Of a DNA stretch of 64,000 bases, positions 12,604 through 24,783 are shown one piece after another. The notes under the pieces were generated by a model that was not told the DNA's origin, did not search any database, and saw nothing but the letters and a program-made list of their open reading frames with translations. Numbering within the stretch: position 1 is the first letter of the stretch; the number at the start of each line of letters is the position of its first letter. This DNA comes from Zootoca vivipara (Eukaryota), in assembly GCF_963506605.1 (NCBI RefSeq), contig NC_083282.1:34038001-34102000 (forward strand), written 5' to 3'. The position numbers were made by a program, and so were the translations under genes.

Positions 12604-12827
12604 AAATAAAAAAATTCCTTCAGTAGCACCTTAAAGACCAACTAAGTTTTTATTTTGGTATGAGCTTTCGTGTGCATGCACACTTCTTCAGATAACTTCT
12701 GAAGGTATCTGAAGAAGTGTGCATGCACACGAAAGCTCATACCAAAATAAAAACTTAGTTGGTCTTTAAGGTGCTACTGAAGGAATTTTTTTATTTTACT
12801 TCGATCCAGACCAACACGGCTACCTAC
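12604..12827 (-). mobile_element. Penelope-like element remnant (inverted pLTR hairpin)
   Basis: About 90-bp inverted repeat (12604-12694 / 12706-12796) plus tail gaccaacacggctacctac; 13-bp TSD ctgttttcttttg at 12591-12603 and 12828-12840. Confidence 0.85.
12704..12743 (+). ncRNA. Minimal type I hammerhead ribozyme motif (Penelope-borne)
   Basis: GGTAT-CTGAAGA-A-GTGTGCATGCACAC-GAAAGCTC-ATACC: 5-bp stem I, CUGANGA core, palindromic stem II, GAAA, palindromic AGCU stem III, NUH site ending at C12738. Confidence 0.72.
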
Positions 12828-13678
12828 CTGTTTTCTTTTGCATACTTTAACCAGCAACTCCTGCTCAATCCATATAAAACAAGTTTATACTTAAAACAAT
12901 TGATTCACTTTAAATAAATTTAGGAGGTAAGTGTTTCATTACATCATTTAGGGTACCCCTAGTGGTCTTTTATCTAACTATATGGGCTGGCAAAACAAAA
13001 CCCCAAATTCAAGCCCTTTTCCTTTGCTTTTCATAAGTCAGCCACGGGTAGATTTACCAAAATTATTCCTTTCCACAGCCATTTCAGACTTCCCATCTTT
13101 GGACATACTAAAGTGACATGCAATGTTCATTCAGCCTTTTCCTCCTCTATGCAAGGAAGCACTTCTACAAACATTATTTTATTTATCTCAGGGAAAAGAC
13201 ACTTCCATAATTCCATGGAGATAGAACAAAGGCAAAACAGGAAATAAAACCCCACTCAAAGCTACAGAGCTACAATTTAAAAAAAAACAAACAAACCCAG
13301 AGGATAACATCTCTGTCCCTCTGTTACATCATTTTCCACTTTCCTGCCTTGCAAAGCTTATCCAGTCTGCAAAGCCATCTTAATATAGTTAAACACACAG
13401 GTGGGGAAGCATCTTCTCTCCCAGTCACATGCAGGAATTACTGTCCAGCAGCACTCTCCAGGAATCCTTAGGACTCACCTGACAGCTAATATTTCCCCTT
13501 ATCCAGAGCTTTTTAATGGGTAACTGTCAAGAGGCAGATCATTTTTGACAGAACAGTCTGCTACAGTCTGATAAGAGAGGCATCACCTCCTTAGTACATA
13601 TAGCGTCTCCATTTTTCAATGTAAGAAACCTAAGCTCACCAATATTTTCTGCACTTCCCAACTTTTGCACTGTATCAG

Positions 13679-13716
<38 letters not shown>
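13679..13716. repeat. (TAAA)n microsatellite
   Basis: About 9 tetranucleotide units. Confidence 0.95.
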
Positions 13717-13717
<1 letters not shown>

Positions 13718-14803
13718 AATAAGTCTACTTACAAGGATAATAAAGTTAGAGACCAGCTGCTTGGACTCGTTTGAAGCCCAAACCAGGGAAATTTGTAAGC
13801 CTAGCTTCAATGTACGGGAATTTCACATCCCAAATATTGAAAGAACTTACACACAAATCATTCCCTACATATTTCGCGGAAGTTGCATAAATACTTCCAA
13901 TGCTACTGTCACCAAATTTACCTATAAGCAAACCCTACTAATAAAGCTTACCTGAAAATTAGGCTGCAATCCTTGGTACTCATTTGGGAGTAAGTCCATT
14001 CCACTGTAATCCTTTTACTCCTGAATAAACAAGGACAGGAATCAGCTAATGCAACTGAAGTCATGAGAGCTAGTTTCTTTCCACTAAACACAGTATCACT
14101 ATCTGTGATTCTCAGGCATCCAGATTTAATTAACTGATATGTACAAAAAAAGTAGCAGGATGACTAATATAGATAGTGCTAATGCAAAACCTTCTGAAAT
14201 ATATTACACACTATCAAAGATCATTCAACTAAAGCACACCAATTGAGATGGGACATAGCTGTTTGTTTTTATGAAGGGCAGGCATTATCTGTAATGATGC
14301 TTTCTTTACACTGTTTGAAGGAACTCCTTTAAAACTCAGACATACCACTAGACACAAGGACACGGCTCCCTGAATCTTTGAACAGTTGTGTGGCTGAAGG
14401 TGCAGTTCTACTCTGTCTTACCACTCTATTTAATAACCAGCTGCACCTGGTGGGATTCCCTTGTTGCACAAATTAAAGGCATATGAGCTCTGTTCTTGCC
14501 TGCAGCAGGTCTTCTTAGGCACACTCATATTTTGCTTTATTAAATAAGTCAGCACGTATTCTTAAGGACACATTGGAAACTTTATTTATATTTTCTTTTT
14601 ATATTTAGGCATTGCTTGGCATGCTTAAAAACAACACTTCCTTCAAATAATATATCTGAAACTTTTATGAATTGCCCTGTCCCATCAAAATTTGATTACA
14701 AAAATGCAAAATACCCTCAAAAGAGGCATTGAAAACATGTCTTCATTCATTTGCTAAGACATTTTAAACTACTGTTCTATACATTATAAGGCACATTCTA
14801 GTG

Positions 14804-14932
14804 CAGCTTTCCCCAACCTGATGTCCTTCAGATTTTGGACTACAATGCCCATCTTCCTTGGCCATCAGCCGTTTTGGATATGGCTGATGGGAGCTGAAAT
14901 CCAGCAACATCTGAAGGGCATCAGGTTCCCAT
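14804..14932. mobile_element. Degenerate hAT-type MITE
   Basis: cagctttccccaacctg...ttggactaca...caacatctgaagggcatcaggttcccatg; same architecture as the 8296 family. Confidence 0.65.
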
Positions 14933-15148
14933 GTGGTCTAGGAAACTATGCCACTGCAAAAGACTATGACCCAGAAGGACTGGGACCCCATCCAATTTTT
15001 CTCAGCCATTGACTGACAGAAACACAGATGGTTAGCTAAAAAAACAACTCCCTGAATATGCAGTAAACATAAAATGTGGTTGCTCTCTTTAAAATGCTTA
15101 ATCTAGTAATATTGATTTAACCAAATGGGCACACTACAAAATCTAAAG

Positions 15149-15284
15149 CAGTGTTTCCCAACTTTGGGTCTCCAACTATTTTTGAACTACAACTCCCATC
15201 ATCCCTAACTAACAAGATCAGTGGTCAGAGATGATGGGAATTGTGGTCCAAAAACACCTGGAGACCCAAGGTTGGGAAACATTG
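15149..15284. mobile_element. hAT/Charlie-type palindromic MITE
   Basis: TIR cagtgtttcccaac...gttgggaaacattg; perfect TSD atctaaag at 15141-15148 and 15285-15292. Confidence 0.9.
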
Positions 15285-15369
15285 ATCTAAAGCATGCCAA
15301 TTAAAAACATATAAAAAAGGTTAAAAACAGAATCAATTAACCATTGAGAAAAGATTTATTCTTATTTGC

Positions 15370-15860
15370 CTGCTCAGGCCTGGTGGAATAGAAAAGGTGT
15401 CAGCAGGCATTTAAAAGTTGGCACTGAAGCCAATAGACGAATGTCTATTCACAGAGTATTCCATAAGGACTGGGCCAATGATACTAAAGTGGTTGTCAAA
15501 TGACCCTCACCAACTCAGATTGGCCAGTGACACTCCAGTAGATTACCTCAGTGATCTAGTTGGAATATAAGGGTTTAGGCAATCCCCAAGGTACCCTGGA
15601 CCTAAGTTGTTCAGGAGTTTGTAAATTAATGCAAGAACCTTGGACCTGACACATCTGTAGATGGTCAGCCAATACAGCTGTTTTAACCTTGGCATCACAT
15701 GTTCTTGACCAGATGCCCCCACCAGCAGGAGTTTCCAAACCAGACTAAGGGCAGCCCCATGTAGAGCACATTACAGTAATCCAGCCTCGAGGTTACCAAC
15801 GCGTGGACTACAGTGATCAGGCTATCCCTATCCAGGAATAGCCATAGTTGGCAACTTGCT
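15370..15860 (-). mobile_element. L2 LINE ORF2 C-terminal remnant
   Basis: Translates to LITVVHALVTSRLDYCNVLYMGLP, the L2 ORF2 hallmark; disrupted elsewhere. Confidence 0.8.
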
Positions 15861-16024
15861 AATTTCCCAAACATGGGAATGACGCAAAGAGCCTCCAATC
15901 TTCCCAGGATTCAGTTTATTGGCCACCACTGCATTCAAACACCAATCCAGAGCTTTCATAACCTCTCCTGATTTAGAGGACCAAGAGGTGGTGCTATTTC
16001 AGATATAAAGGCTACACTCTAGAC

Positions 16025-16270
16025 CAGGGTCCCCAAACTAAGGCCCGGGGGCCAGATGCGGCCCAATCACCTTCTAAATCCGGCCCGCGGATGGTCCGGG
16101 AATCAGCAGGTTTTTACATGAGTAGAATGTGTCCTTTTATTTAAAATGCACCTCTGGGTTATTTGTGGGGCATAGGAATTCATTCTTTTTTTAAAAAAAA
16201 TAGTCCGGCCCCCCACAAGGTCTGAGAGACAGTGGACCGGCCCCCTGCTGAAAAAGTTTGCTGACCCCTG
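16025..16270. mobile_element. hAT/Charlie MITE resembling the OposCharlie1 (OC1) family
   Basis: Termini cagggtccccaaact...agtttgctgacccctg; NTCTAGAN-type target (ctctagac / gtctagac); subterminal ggcccg repeats. Confidence 0.75.
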
Positions 16271-16587
16271 CAGTCTAGACAGAAGAGTGAATTTACAGGG
16301 TAGTAAATTCCTTTCTCTCTCTCCTTGTATGGATGCAGACATTGGCTAGAATCCAAATAATTGTACAACGTGCTCCATGTAGCTGGAGGGCTTTTTAGGC
16401 CATGTCTCTTGAACCAGCTTCCCATTCAAAATGCAACACAGCCCTTTTGAAATGGAGAGGACTTTCAGAAGTAGTTTGTCATGTGGAAAGGGGTAACCTT
16501 ACCTGGACTGGAACTACCCCAGACTCTGGTGAACTGGAACATATAAAACGATTCCCTTAACATTACAGTAACCTACTGCTGAAAGTT

Positions 16588-16808
16588 ACAGGTAGGTAGC
16601 CGTGTTGGTCTGAGTCGAAGCAAAATAAAAAAATTCCTTCAGTAGCACCTTAAAGACCAACTAAGTTTATATTTTGGTATGAGCTTTCGTGTGCATGCAC
16701 ACTTCTTCAGATACACTTCTGAAGAAGTGTGCATGCACATGAAAGCTCATACCAAAATATAAACTTAGTTGGTCTTTAAGGTGCTACTGAAGGAATTTTT
16801 TTATTTTG
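16588..16808 (+). mobile_element. Penelope-like element remnant (inverted pLTR hairpin)
   Basis: Near-identical to 12604-12827 in opposite orientation; 15-bp TSD ctactgctgaaagtt at 16573-16587 and 16809-16823. Confidence 0.85.
16676..16714 (-). ncRNA. Minimal type I hammerhead ribozyme motif
   Basis: Minus strand GTAT-CTGAAGA-A-GTGTGCATGCACAC-GAAAGCTC-ATAC with 4-bp stem I. Confidence 0.68.
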
Positions 16809-17584
16809 CTACTGCTGAAAGTTTAAGAGCTCAAAAACCCCATGCCCTTGAACATTTTACATCATTAAAGGGTTAATGACTGCCTCTTGGAACTGGAAAT
16901 AAACACTGAATAAGTGTTTATCATGGTGACTATCTGAGCTGGTGATTTGGCTGCTAAACATGAAATCAGTCTTGTGCACACTACTGACATCTAATGGTTA
17001 GGCTTGCTGCTGCATGTAAACGCATATGTCAGCCTGAGCTAATATTTTAACTGATGCAAAATACAAATCTAGATTTTGTTTTGTTTATTTTTGCTTTTGG
17101 CGGTACATATCATAACTATACCTTTTTTTGCTACAATAGTTATATGAAAGATGCAGAAGGCTGGCCAAATACTGTTTATTTTAAAGGATTTGTATTAATT
17201 TAGGGGAAAACCAATGTCATTCTTTGTGGCTTTTTCCATGCACCATATTTCAAAATACAATTGAACATCTCCTAAAACTGGCTGATTTGATTAAAACTAT
17301 GGGTGGGGTTGGCAGAGAAGTAGGGAAAGCATTAGGTCATCATTCCAAGCAGTCCTTGTTACTGGAATAGTATTCAGCACTATGGTTGTGATGCACCCAT
17401 TGCAACCTTGTGAGCTGACTATTGTTGTATAAAGAATTAATATATGGACCAACATGTGTAGGTAAACAACAAAAGGGAAATGGTTGGGTGCCTAGATTCA
17501 AAATATGGGGCTAGCACACAGCGAGCTCCAGAAGCAGAATATTAAACTCACAAAAATAAGCAGCAATATAGTCTTGGAGATATA

Positions 17585-17828
17585 CCGAGTTTCTCCAAAA
17601 ACAAGACACCGTCTTATATTTATTTTTCCTTAAAAAACCCACAGTGGTTTATTTTCAGGGGATGTCTTATTTTTTATTACATGTCCAGCCTTGCCTCTTC
17701 CTTGGGGCCCTCTAGAACTGCGCCTATCACTATGTCTTATTTTCGGGATATGACTTATATTGCGCAAATGCTTAGATATCCTGCTATGGCTTATTTTATA
17801 GGTATGTCTTATTTTAGGAGAAACAGGG
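17585..17828. mobile_element. Tc1/mariner superfamily (pogo/Tc2-like) MITE
   Basis: TA-flanked imperfect TIRs ccgagtttctccaaaaacaagac...gtcttattttaggagaaacaggg; internal gtcttattttc repeats. Confidence 0.75.
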
Positions 17829-20800
17829 TAAGTTGTTAAACCTTTTCAGTGCACAACAGTTGACCTCTTTCTGCCCCTATTGTAATGAGCAGACCACACA
17901 CTGTTAAATAAGTTTAAAATACTTTACTTACACATTCAAGGTCTCAGTCATGCTTGTTCCATGCAGCAGGAAAGGTATGTATAGGCAAAATATCGAGTAG
18001 AAAGTACAGAATATAGTTCCAAACACATGCTGTAAGCTCTGAAGCAAGTTTACACACCTCCATCTCCTTACATGTTGGGGGGGGGGAAGAGAGAGAAGAA
18101 GGAAGGAAATCTTCACTTTCTCCCTCTCCAGAGGAGAAGGGGCGTGTCCTAGCTGAGTCTATCTAGCAATACAACTCTGTGGTACTTCATGCACTAACTA
18201 GCCCTATGATTGTTAGTTGTATTTGACTGCAACCTCCCACATGCAGGATCCTGGTGTGGCACAAGCCAAGCAACCAGGATCCCACTGGGCATCCAGGGAG
18301 GGGTTTAAGCAAGGCTAGGAGCTCTTGAGCTAGGAGCATGCCTTGAGCCTATCCTTGACAAGAGAGGGATGCAAAGCAGTTTGAATCCTACCAACCCCAC
18401 CTATCTCTACAAACAAACTAAGAAGCCCAAGCATAAGTCACCAAGCCAAATATCACTGCTCCCTACACAGGTGCACACAGTCGTACCTGATCAGGAGGCG
18501 ATGGATCACCAAGATACTCCAGGAAAGCATCAAGCATGCCATATTTTTAACTCACCACTGAGTAACATCTACTTTGTGGGGTTCCCGAGCACCACTCCAG
18601 TGATAGCACTGCAGCTGTAAGGCCTAGGCAATGGACATATCAAGTCTATGTCCCTGTGTGAGCTTAGATAATTCTCACCCAGGCAAATAATCAACAGATT
18701 AGGAGGGCCTTGGTGCTGGATTTGCTTCTTCTCCACCACTTTATCCCTACCTGGAGATCCAGGAAACAAGCACCCATGGATGTAGTTGACTTGACCACTG
18801 TGTCAACCTCACATGTTTTCCTTCCCAGTGCACAATGCTGTGCCTGAGGATCCATACACACTTCCATCCTACAACATATTCAAAAATTACCAGTGGTAGC
18901 TGCTATGATGAGCAGAAGTAACCCTTAAAGGCCCTTGAGTGCCATTGGCCTGTGTCCTTGTGAATTAAAAATTGCCCAGCACTGTTAGGTTGAATTCTTA
19001 AGTGGACCAGCCATCAATTCCAGTTGGCAGAGGACTGGTGGATTGCTCCATCCAGCCTACTAGATTTCTGCACCAGCTGCAAAGGAAGCACAGTTTATTC
19101 TTGCACAACCAGTATGGAAACACAGAGAGCTGGCAGAGGATGAACATATCACCACTCCATTCTGCTTCCACCTGTCCTCTTGGTACAATGCAGTTATTTA
19201 GCACTTTGCTAAGAAGCTAAAAGCCAACATTTCCATGCTGGCTGTGCCCTCCCGCCATGGCAAGCATGGAAATGCAAGCTGCTAGCCTCATAGCAGACCA
19301 ACACAAAATGTGCAAGGTTTCTTTACAAGTCTGGATTAAGAGTTATGTTGTACGCAAGTCTCTGTATATGATTTGGGATGCTGATTCCTCCCCTGCTGTA
19401 TACTTTAAATGTTAAGGACAGCTTTGTGTGCATCAATCGTCTGAGCACTTCAATTGTTCTTATTCTCTGTCCTAGTTCATCATGTTCAATTTTATAGCAT
19501 CTAAAATTGTTTCAGGGAGAAAAGCATTTTAGTTTCCAATGGAAATGGAACGTTAGTTGCTTTTGGTTACTTCAAAGCTTTATTTTGCTGAAGGAAACAG
19601 TTGTTACATGACAGCTTCTTTTTAAAAAGGAAAGTGAAATTTCCCCTACAGCTGATATTGCTGTGGTTTCTGAGGAATACAGTTTATAGACACCAAGCAA
19701 AAGCTGCCTCTAGCAAATCAAAAACAAATACTAAAAGGATATGGTCCATTACGAAACACACCACACTTAAGTATATACAGCATTATGCAGCAGTTATTTC
19801 TGTCTATTCCAGACAGAATAGACTTCTCCTTATGCTGCTATAAATCTGCAATTATCTAGTTTGTGTGAAGACCTTGCAAAACAATTTACACCACAAACCT
19901 ATACATGTAAATTCAGAAGTAGGACCCACTGACTTAAGTGAAGCTTATTTCCAGCTAGGTGGGTATCGGATTGTAACCTTACTCTTACTCTTCCCCCACC
20001 CCACATCTTTTTAATAGTAGTTGCATAAATTTTATCTTAGAAACTACGCCTTGCACCATGAAACAAAACAAAACCCCACAATTAGTATAATTGTGTGGTT
20101 TTCCCATCCACAGTATTTCCATATAAACTTCTCTGAACCATCTACAGAGATTGCAACATGGCTTAAATCTAAAACAATTGTTCCAGTACAGTTCTTTAAG
20201 CTTCTGTTTCTGTCCATCAAATGCATGTTTATAGCCAGACGAAACAATATAGCAGGTATGTACAGTAATTATTCACAAGGGACAAATACTTAGATTCTGT
20301 TCCATGTTTTGGGATCCAATGCCAGTTGTTATATGCAGTCTACTAAAAACCAGAGGCCTAAATCATATTAGAAATAAGCCCCATTAGGTTAATTGGTACT
20401 TATCCTCATAAAACTTCCTGAGATCGCAATATCTCTATTATAGTGCTTGTACCTTCTCACCTGCTATCAGGCCATTGCCATGCCAAGTTATCCCCATATC
20501 CAGTGCTATTTTTCTAGGTGCTGAAACTCACCATGAACACTTCCCCCATTTTGTTGTTGTTATTGTTTAATGGTGCCCACCAGAGAGGTGCTGGAACTGA
20601 GTTCCTGTGAGTTCTCCCTGGGGGGAGAGGGGGAAAACACCCCTCCCTATATCACAGGTTGTGGGGTGTGCATGAGGGTAATTACTGTGGAATAGCCACT
20701 TCTTGTTTACTTACTTTTTACTGCGCTTCTGCAAAGTGTCATGAACATCTCTCCCTCCCAAGTTTTTCCTGTCAAGATTCTGTTTTGTTTCTGTAGCTCA

Positions 20801-21384
20801 GAAAAGCCTGTATTTAACATACTGTAATAGTTGCTCAATTTCCCTAGATGTAGATAATGCATTGTGTTGCTCTTATGGTCGGGTTAAGGCCTGTATACAT
20901 TGTTCAGCCATTTTCTTCAGTGCAGTCTGTCTCTCCTCTCTAGGAAACAACTCTATTACTTTAACTCTTCCATTGCTGAAGTATATCATTCCCCATCCCC
21001 TCTCACAGACACAAATTGCAGAGGGGCAGGGAAATTATGATGGGGTGTATGGTGGGGGCGGGTATTTTACCCTCTCCCGACCCACCCTCCATCTTACAAC
21101 TGGGAATGGGAGCGGAGCATGTGGTAGAGCTGCTGCTGCCAGCTAGTAAACTAGGTGGACCAATGGTCTCACTCTGTAAAAGCAGGGCTTTTTTTTCATC
21201 CGGAACTGAGTTCGGACGCCTCTTTTTCTAGAAAAAATAGCATGAGCATAAGGCAGCTTTTTATTTATTTGTTATTAAATTTGCATTCCACAAATAAGAA
21301 CACAAAATACATAACAGGAACAAAACAATAAACCCGCTTCCTCCACCCACCCACCCTCCCATGGAGACGTTTAAAATTATCATT

Positions 21385-21737
21385 ATCATTATTATTATTT
21401 ATGCCCTGCCCATCTGGCTGGGTTTCACCCACCACTCTGGGCAGCTTCCAACAAAGATTAAAATACATTAAAATATCACAGTTTAAAAACTTCCCTAAAC
21501 AGGGCTGCCTTTAGGTGTTTTCTAAATGTCAGGTAGTTGTTTATCTCCTTGACCTCCGATGGAAGGGCGTTCCACAGGGCAGGCGCCACTACCGAAAAGG
21601 CCCTCTGCCTGGTTCCCTGTAGCTTTGCTTCTCGTAGTGAGGGAACCGCCAGAAGGCCCTTGGGGCTGGATTTCAGTGTCCGGGCTAAACGATGGTGGAG
21701 GCGCTCCTTCAGGTATACAGGACCGAGGCCGTTTAGG
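21385..21737 (-). mobile_element. L2-type LINE 3' fragment
   Basis: (att)n tail, cccatctggctgggtttc 3' stem and RAFSVVAPALWNALP-type coding remnant on the minus strand. Confidence 0.8.
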
Positions 21738-21755
21738 ATATAAAAGGATATAGGG

Positions 21756-21898
21756 CAGGCACCCCCAAACTGCAGCCCTCCAGATGTTTTGGCCTACAAC
21801 TCCCATCTCCCATGATCCTTAGCTAACAGGACCAGTGGTCGGGGAAGATGGGAATTGTAGTCCAAAACATCTGGAGGGCCGAAGTTTGGGGATGCCTG
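21756..21898. mobile_element. hAT/Charlie-type palindromic MITE
   Basis: Same family as 8296; TSD atataggg at 21748-21755 and 21899-21906. Confidence 0.9.
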
Positions 21899-22008
21899 AT
21901 ATAGGGTGTTAGCCAAAGGCCTGGCTGAAGAGAAATGTTTTTGCCTAGCACCTAAAGGTGTATAATGAAGGTGCCAGACGAACTGGGCTGTGCTTCTGTG
22001 AAGGGTAA

Positions 22009-22570
22009 TGTTACATTGTAGTGGATTCACTGTGGGGAGTTTTTTGTCCGGCCCAGTGAAATCTTGCTTGGTGTTAGAATTCTCGTTATGCACAAGGATA
22101 TGCTCGTTTTGATTGGTGCGTTGAAGTTTTGAATTTTCGGTTGGACTGTGTGATTGGCTGGCGCAGGACTAGAAGGCCCAGAATAAGTCCACATATATAT
22201 AGCCAGGTGCTTTTTGAAAAGAGGGCTAATTGAGAGTTGGAGTGGTTGGTGGAGTGAGAAAGGAGAAGGAACAGGAACAGGAGGAGGAAGAGGTGCATGA
22301 CGACTTGATGTTTGGTAGCTGAATCGCTTGGGTTAGGCTTGAAGAGACAACCGGAAGAACCTGCCTGCAGTGCTGAGGAGAGAAATGAGGAGCAGCTTGG
22401 GATGTTGGCCTCTGGGACTGGTAGGAGTACCAGAGGGAAAACTTGTAGGGCAGTCTAACAAGATAAACGAACTTCAGTGTACTGTACAGTAGAGGGTTGG
22501 GAAACGTGGCTTCCAGCAGAGCCCTCAGTTATACCATTGGTGAGCCTTAACTGAGGCAGGGAGAATAACA
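22009..22570 (+). mobile_element. Solo LTR (probably Gypsy)
   Basis: Termini TGTTA...TAACA; 4-bp flanks gtaa/gcaa; two ATTGG boxes (22112, 22153) and TATA-like tatatata (22194-22201). Confidence 0.62.
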
Positions 22571-22625
22571 GCAATTTGGCTGAAGGGTTTTAATAGGGAA
22601 ACTGGCTGCTTCCTTAAATCTGCCT

Positions 22626-22784
22626 CGGGGGACGACAGAGGACGAGATGGTTGGACAGTGTTCTCGAAGCTACGAACATGAGTTTGACCAAACTGCGGGA
22701 GGCAGTGCAAGACAGGAGTGCCTGGCGTGCTATGGTCCATGGGGTCACGAAGAGTCGTACACGACTAAACGACTAAACAACAAC
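22626..22784 (+). mobile_element. Bov-B (RTE) LINE 3' end
   Basis: gaggacgagatggttggacag...cctggcgtgctatggtccatggggtcacgaagagtcgtacacgactaaacgactaaacaacaac, the typical Bov-B terminus with (CAA)n tail. Confidence 0.9.
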
Positions 22785-22818
22785 GTTATATGGCAGCAAC
22801 AGCTTAACAAAGTGTATA

Positions 22819-23047
22819 CAGTCGTACCTCGGGTTACGACCACCTCGGTTTGCGAACAGTTCGGGTTACGAACTGCGCAAACCCGGAAGTGTTTTCGCCG
22901 CCCGCGCGCGCGCATAAGTCGCGCGTGCGCGATCGTGCGATTTGCGCATGCGCAAAATGGCGGCGCCCATAGCGCTCGGTTTGCGAACTATTCGGGTTAC
23001 AAACTGCGATCCGGAACGGATCGCGTTCGTAACCCGAGGTATTACTG
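22819..23047. mobile_element. Tigger/pogo-type MITE, young and CpG-rich
   Basis: TA TSD; TIR cagtcgtacctcgggttacga...tcgtaacccgaggtattactg; internal palindromes. Confidence 0.88.
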
Positions 23048-24646
23048 TACTCGTTTAAACATAGAGTGCTTTTGACATGAGCAAATATATACTTACTATA
23101 TACTGTAATAATTTTGTAAGAAAAAAGACAGAATGCCACAGATCACATGGCGGTCAGTGCATGAATCAATGTTGCAGTTTGCCTAACCATGCAGTTCATG
23201 TGCTGTACTTTTTAACCCATGCCTTACTCATGTACCATATTGGTTTGAACATTAAAGATTTGGGCAGAAATTGCATACTGAATGCATGTTCTTCCAGTGA
23301 GAGTTGGTCCTCACTTTACTCAACCTTTTCCCCTTTGACAACAGCCCTTCAGTGACACCCACCATACTAAAAATTATCCTCTCCCCTTCTTCAGCTGCCT
23401 CATGCCAAATGTAAAGGATTAGGAGCCCTCAGATGCTCTATTATATGAAGGCACTTTACTCAAATCTCCGCCATTGTTTAAAACTGCAATTTCCCTCTCA
23501 GTTCCCTACATCCCTGCTCTAATCACACTTGTCATTGTTAAACCACTACTTTCCCCCATTTCATTGTCTCCCCCCCTTCTTATTCCCATACCATGACTAT
23601 TTTTGCTGTGCAACCTGCCTTCTTCTGCACCTCATCCTGACTTAATGCAAATCCAGGATTTTGATGTGGGACTACAAATCTTACAATGGAGTCTGTGTTA
23701 TTTTTATTGTCTTTTTAAATTGATGGTTTATTATGAGATTGTGGTCTCTTCCAGGTGAGCTATTTATTGAGCATTCGTCTTAATTTGCTTGCAGGGAAGT
23801 TAGGTGATTTTGGCTATTTATTTAACATAAATTCTAATTTGTTTACAGGGAAGTTTGATGATATTATGTAAAACAAGTGTTAACCCATGCTTTCTAGTGT
23901 ATTTTCACATTACTTTCCTTATTGCAAATGTCTGAACTATTGAGGAAGCTGGTTTCTTGAACAAGAACTCCAAAACAATTGGCAGCCTGAATTTGCCACT
24001 GTTTGAATGAATCTTGCTCCCAAATAACACAGGGCACTTGCAGACTGTTGCTAACTTCTGTAAGGCACACTGAATAATACATATCCATTAGAAAAGTGAG
24101 ATATAAATTCTCAAGTGAATAAATGGTGCTTAGCATATTGTCATCTGGAAACCTAATCTCTCCCACTGCATATCTTTCTCACTGAGCAACCCTGGATAAG
24201 CTTTCAAATAAAGCTTTGGTGTGGAATTTCAAGTTTTGACAGCAAATTTAAACCTCATTTATTGAAATTTGGACAGCTTCTACTTCTCATCACCAAACCC
24301 CTCTTAATCTATATTTTATAAGGAATATATTTTAATGACTTTATCAGATAATACTTTATGGCCTAACTATAGAGCCCTTTGTGCAAAAAAGCAAAAATCA
24401 AATACAGTATACACAAGGAAAAATTTTATTATCCCTTTCTCCACCAGATGGTGCTCTTGATTTATGATGGAATGCACAAATATCAGAAGTTACCAGTAGT
24501 CTTTTCCAGTCCATGTTAGGGAAGGATGAGCAAAGGTTGGTCCTGTTTAGAAAACCATGCTTGAGCAACATCACTGATTCAAAATTCAGAATATAACACA
24601 AGAATTATCAGTGGCCAAATAACTTGAAATCTGGTATAGTTTAGCA

Positions 24647-24783
24647 CAGGCATCCTCAAACTGTGGCCCTCCAGATGTCTTGGCCTACAACTCCCATGAT
24701 TCCCTAGCTAACAGGACCAGTGGTCAGGGATGATGGGAATTGTGGTCCAAAACATCTGGAGGGCCAAAGTTTGGGGATGCCTG
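24647..24783. mobile_element. hAT/Charlie-type palindromic MITE
   Basis: Same family as 8296 (caggcatcctcaaact...agtttggggatgcctg). Confidence 0.88.

Noticed and set aside
12604-12796. Pre-miRNA gene
   Set aside because: The near-perfect ~90-bp stem, TSDs and second copy identify it as a Penelope inversion; small-RNA production remains possible but unproven.
13746-13955. Short ORFs and splice-like signals suggesting an intergenic exon
   Set aside because: No recognisable protein similarity and no partner exons; such signals arise by chance.
22647-23139. 142-aa and 101-aa ORFs
   Set aside because: Read-through of a Bov-B tail and a CpG-rich Tigger MITE.
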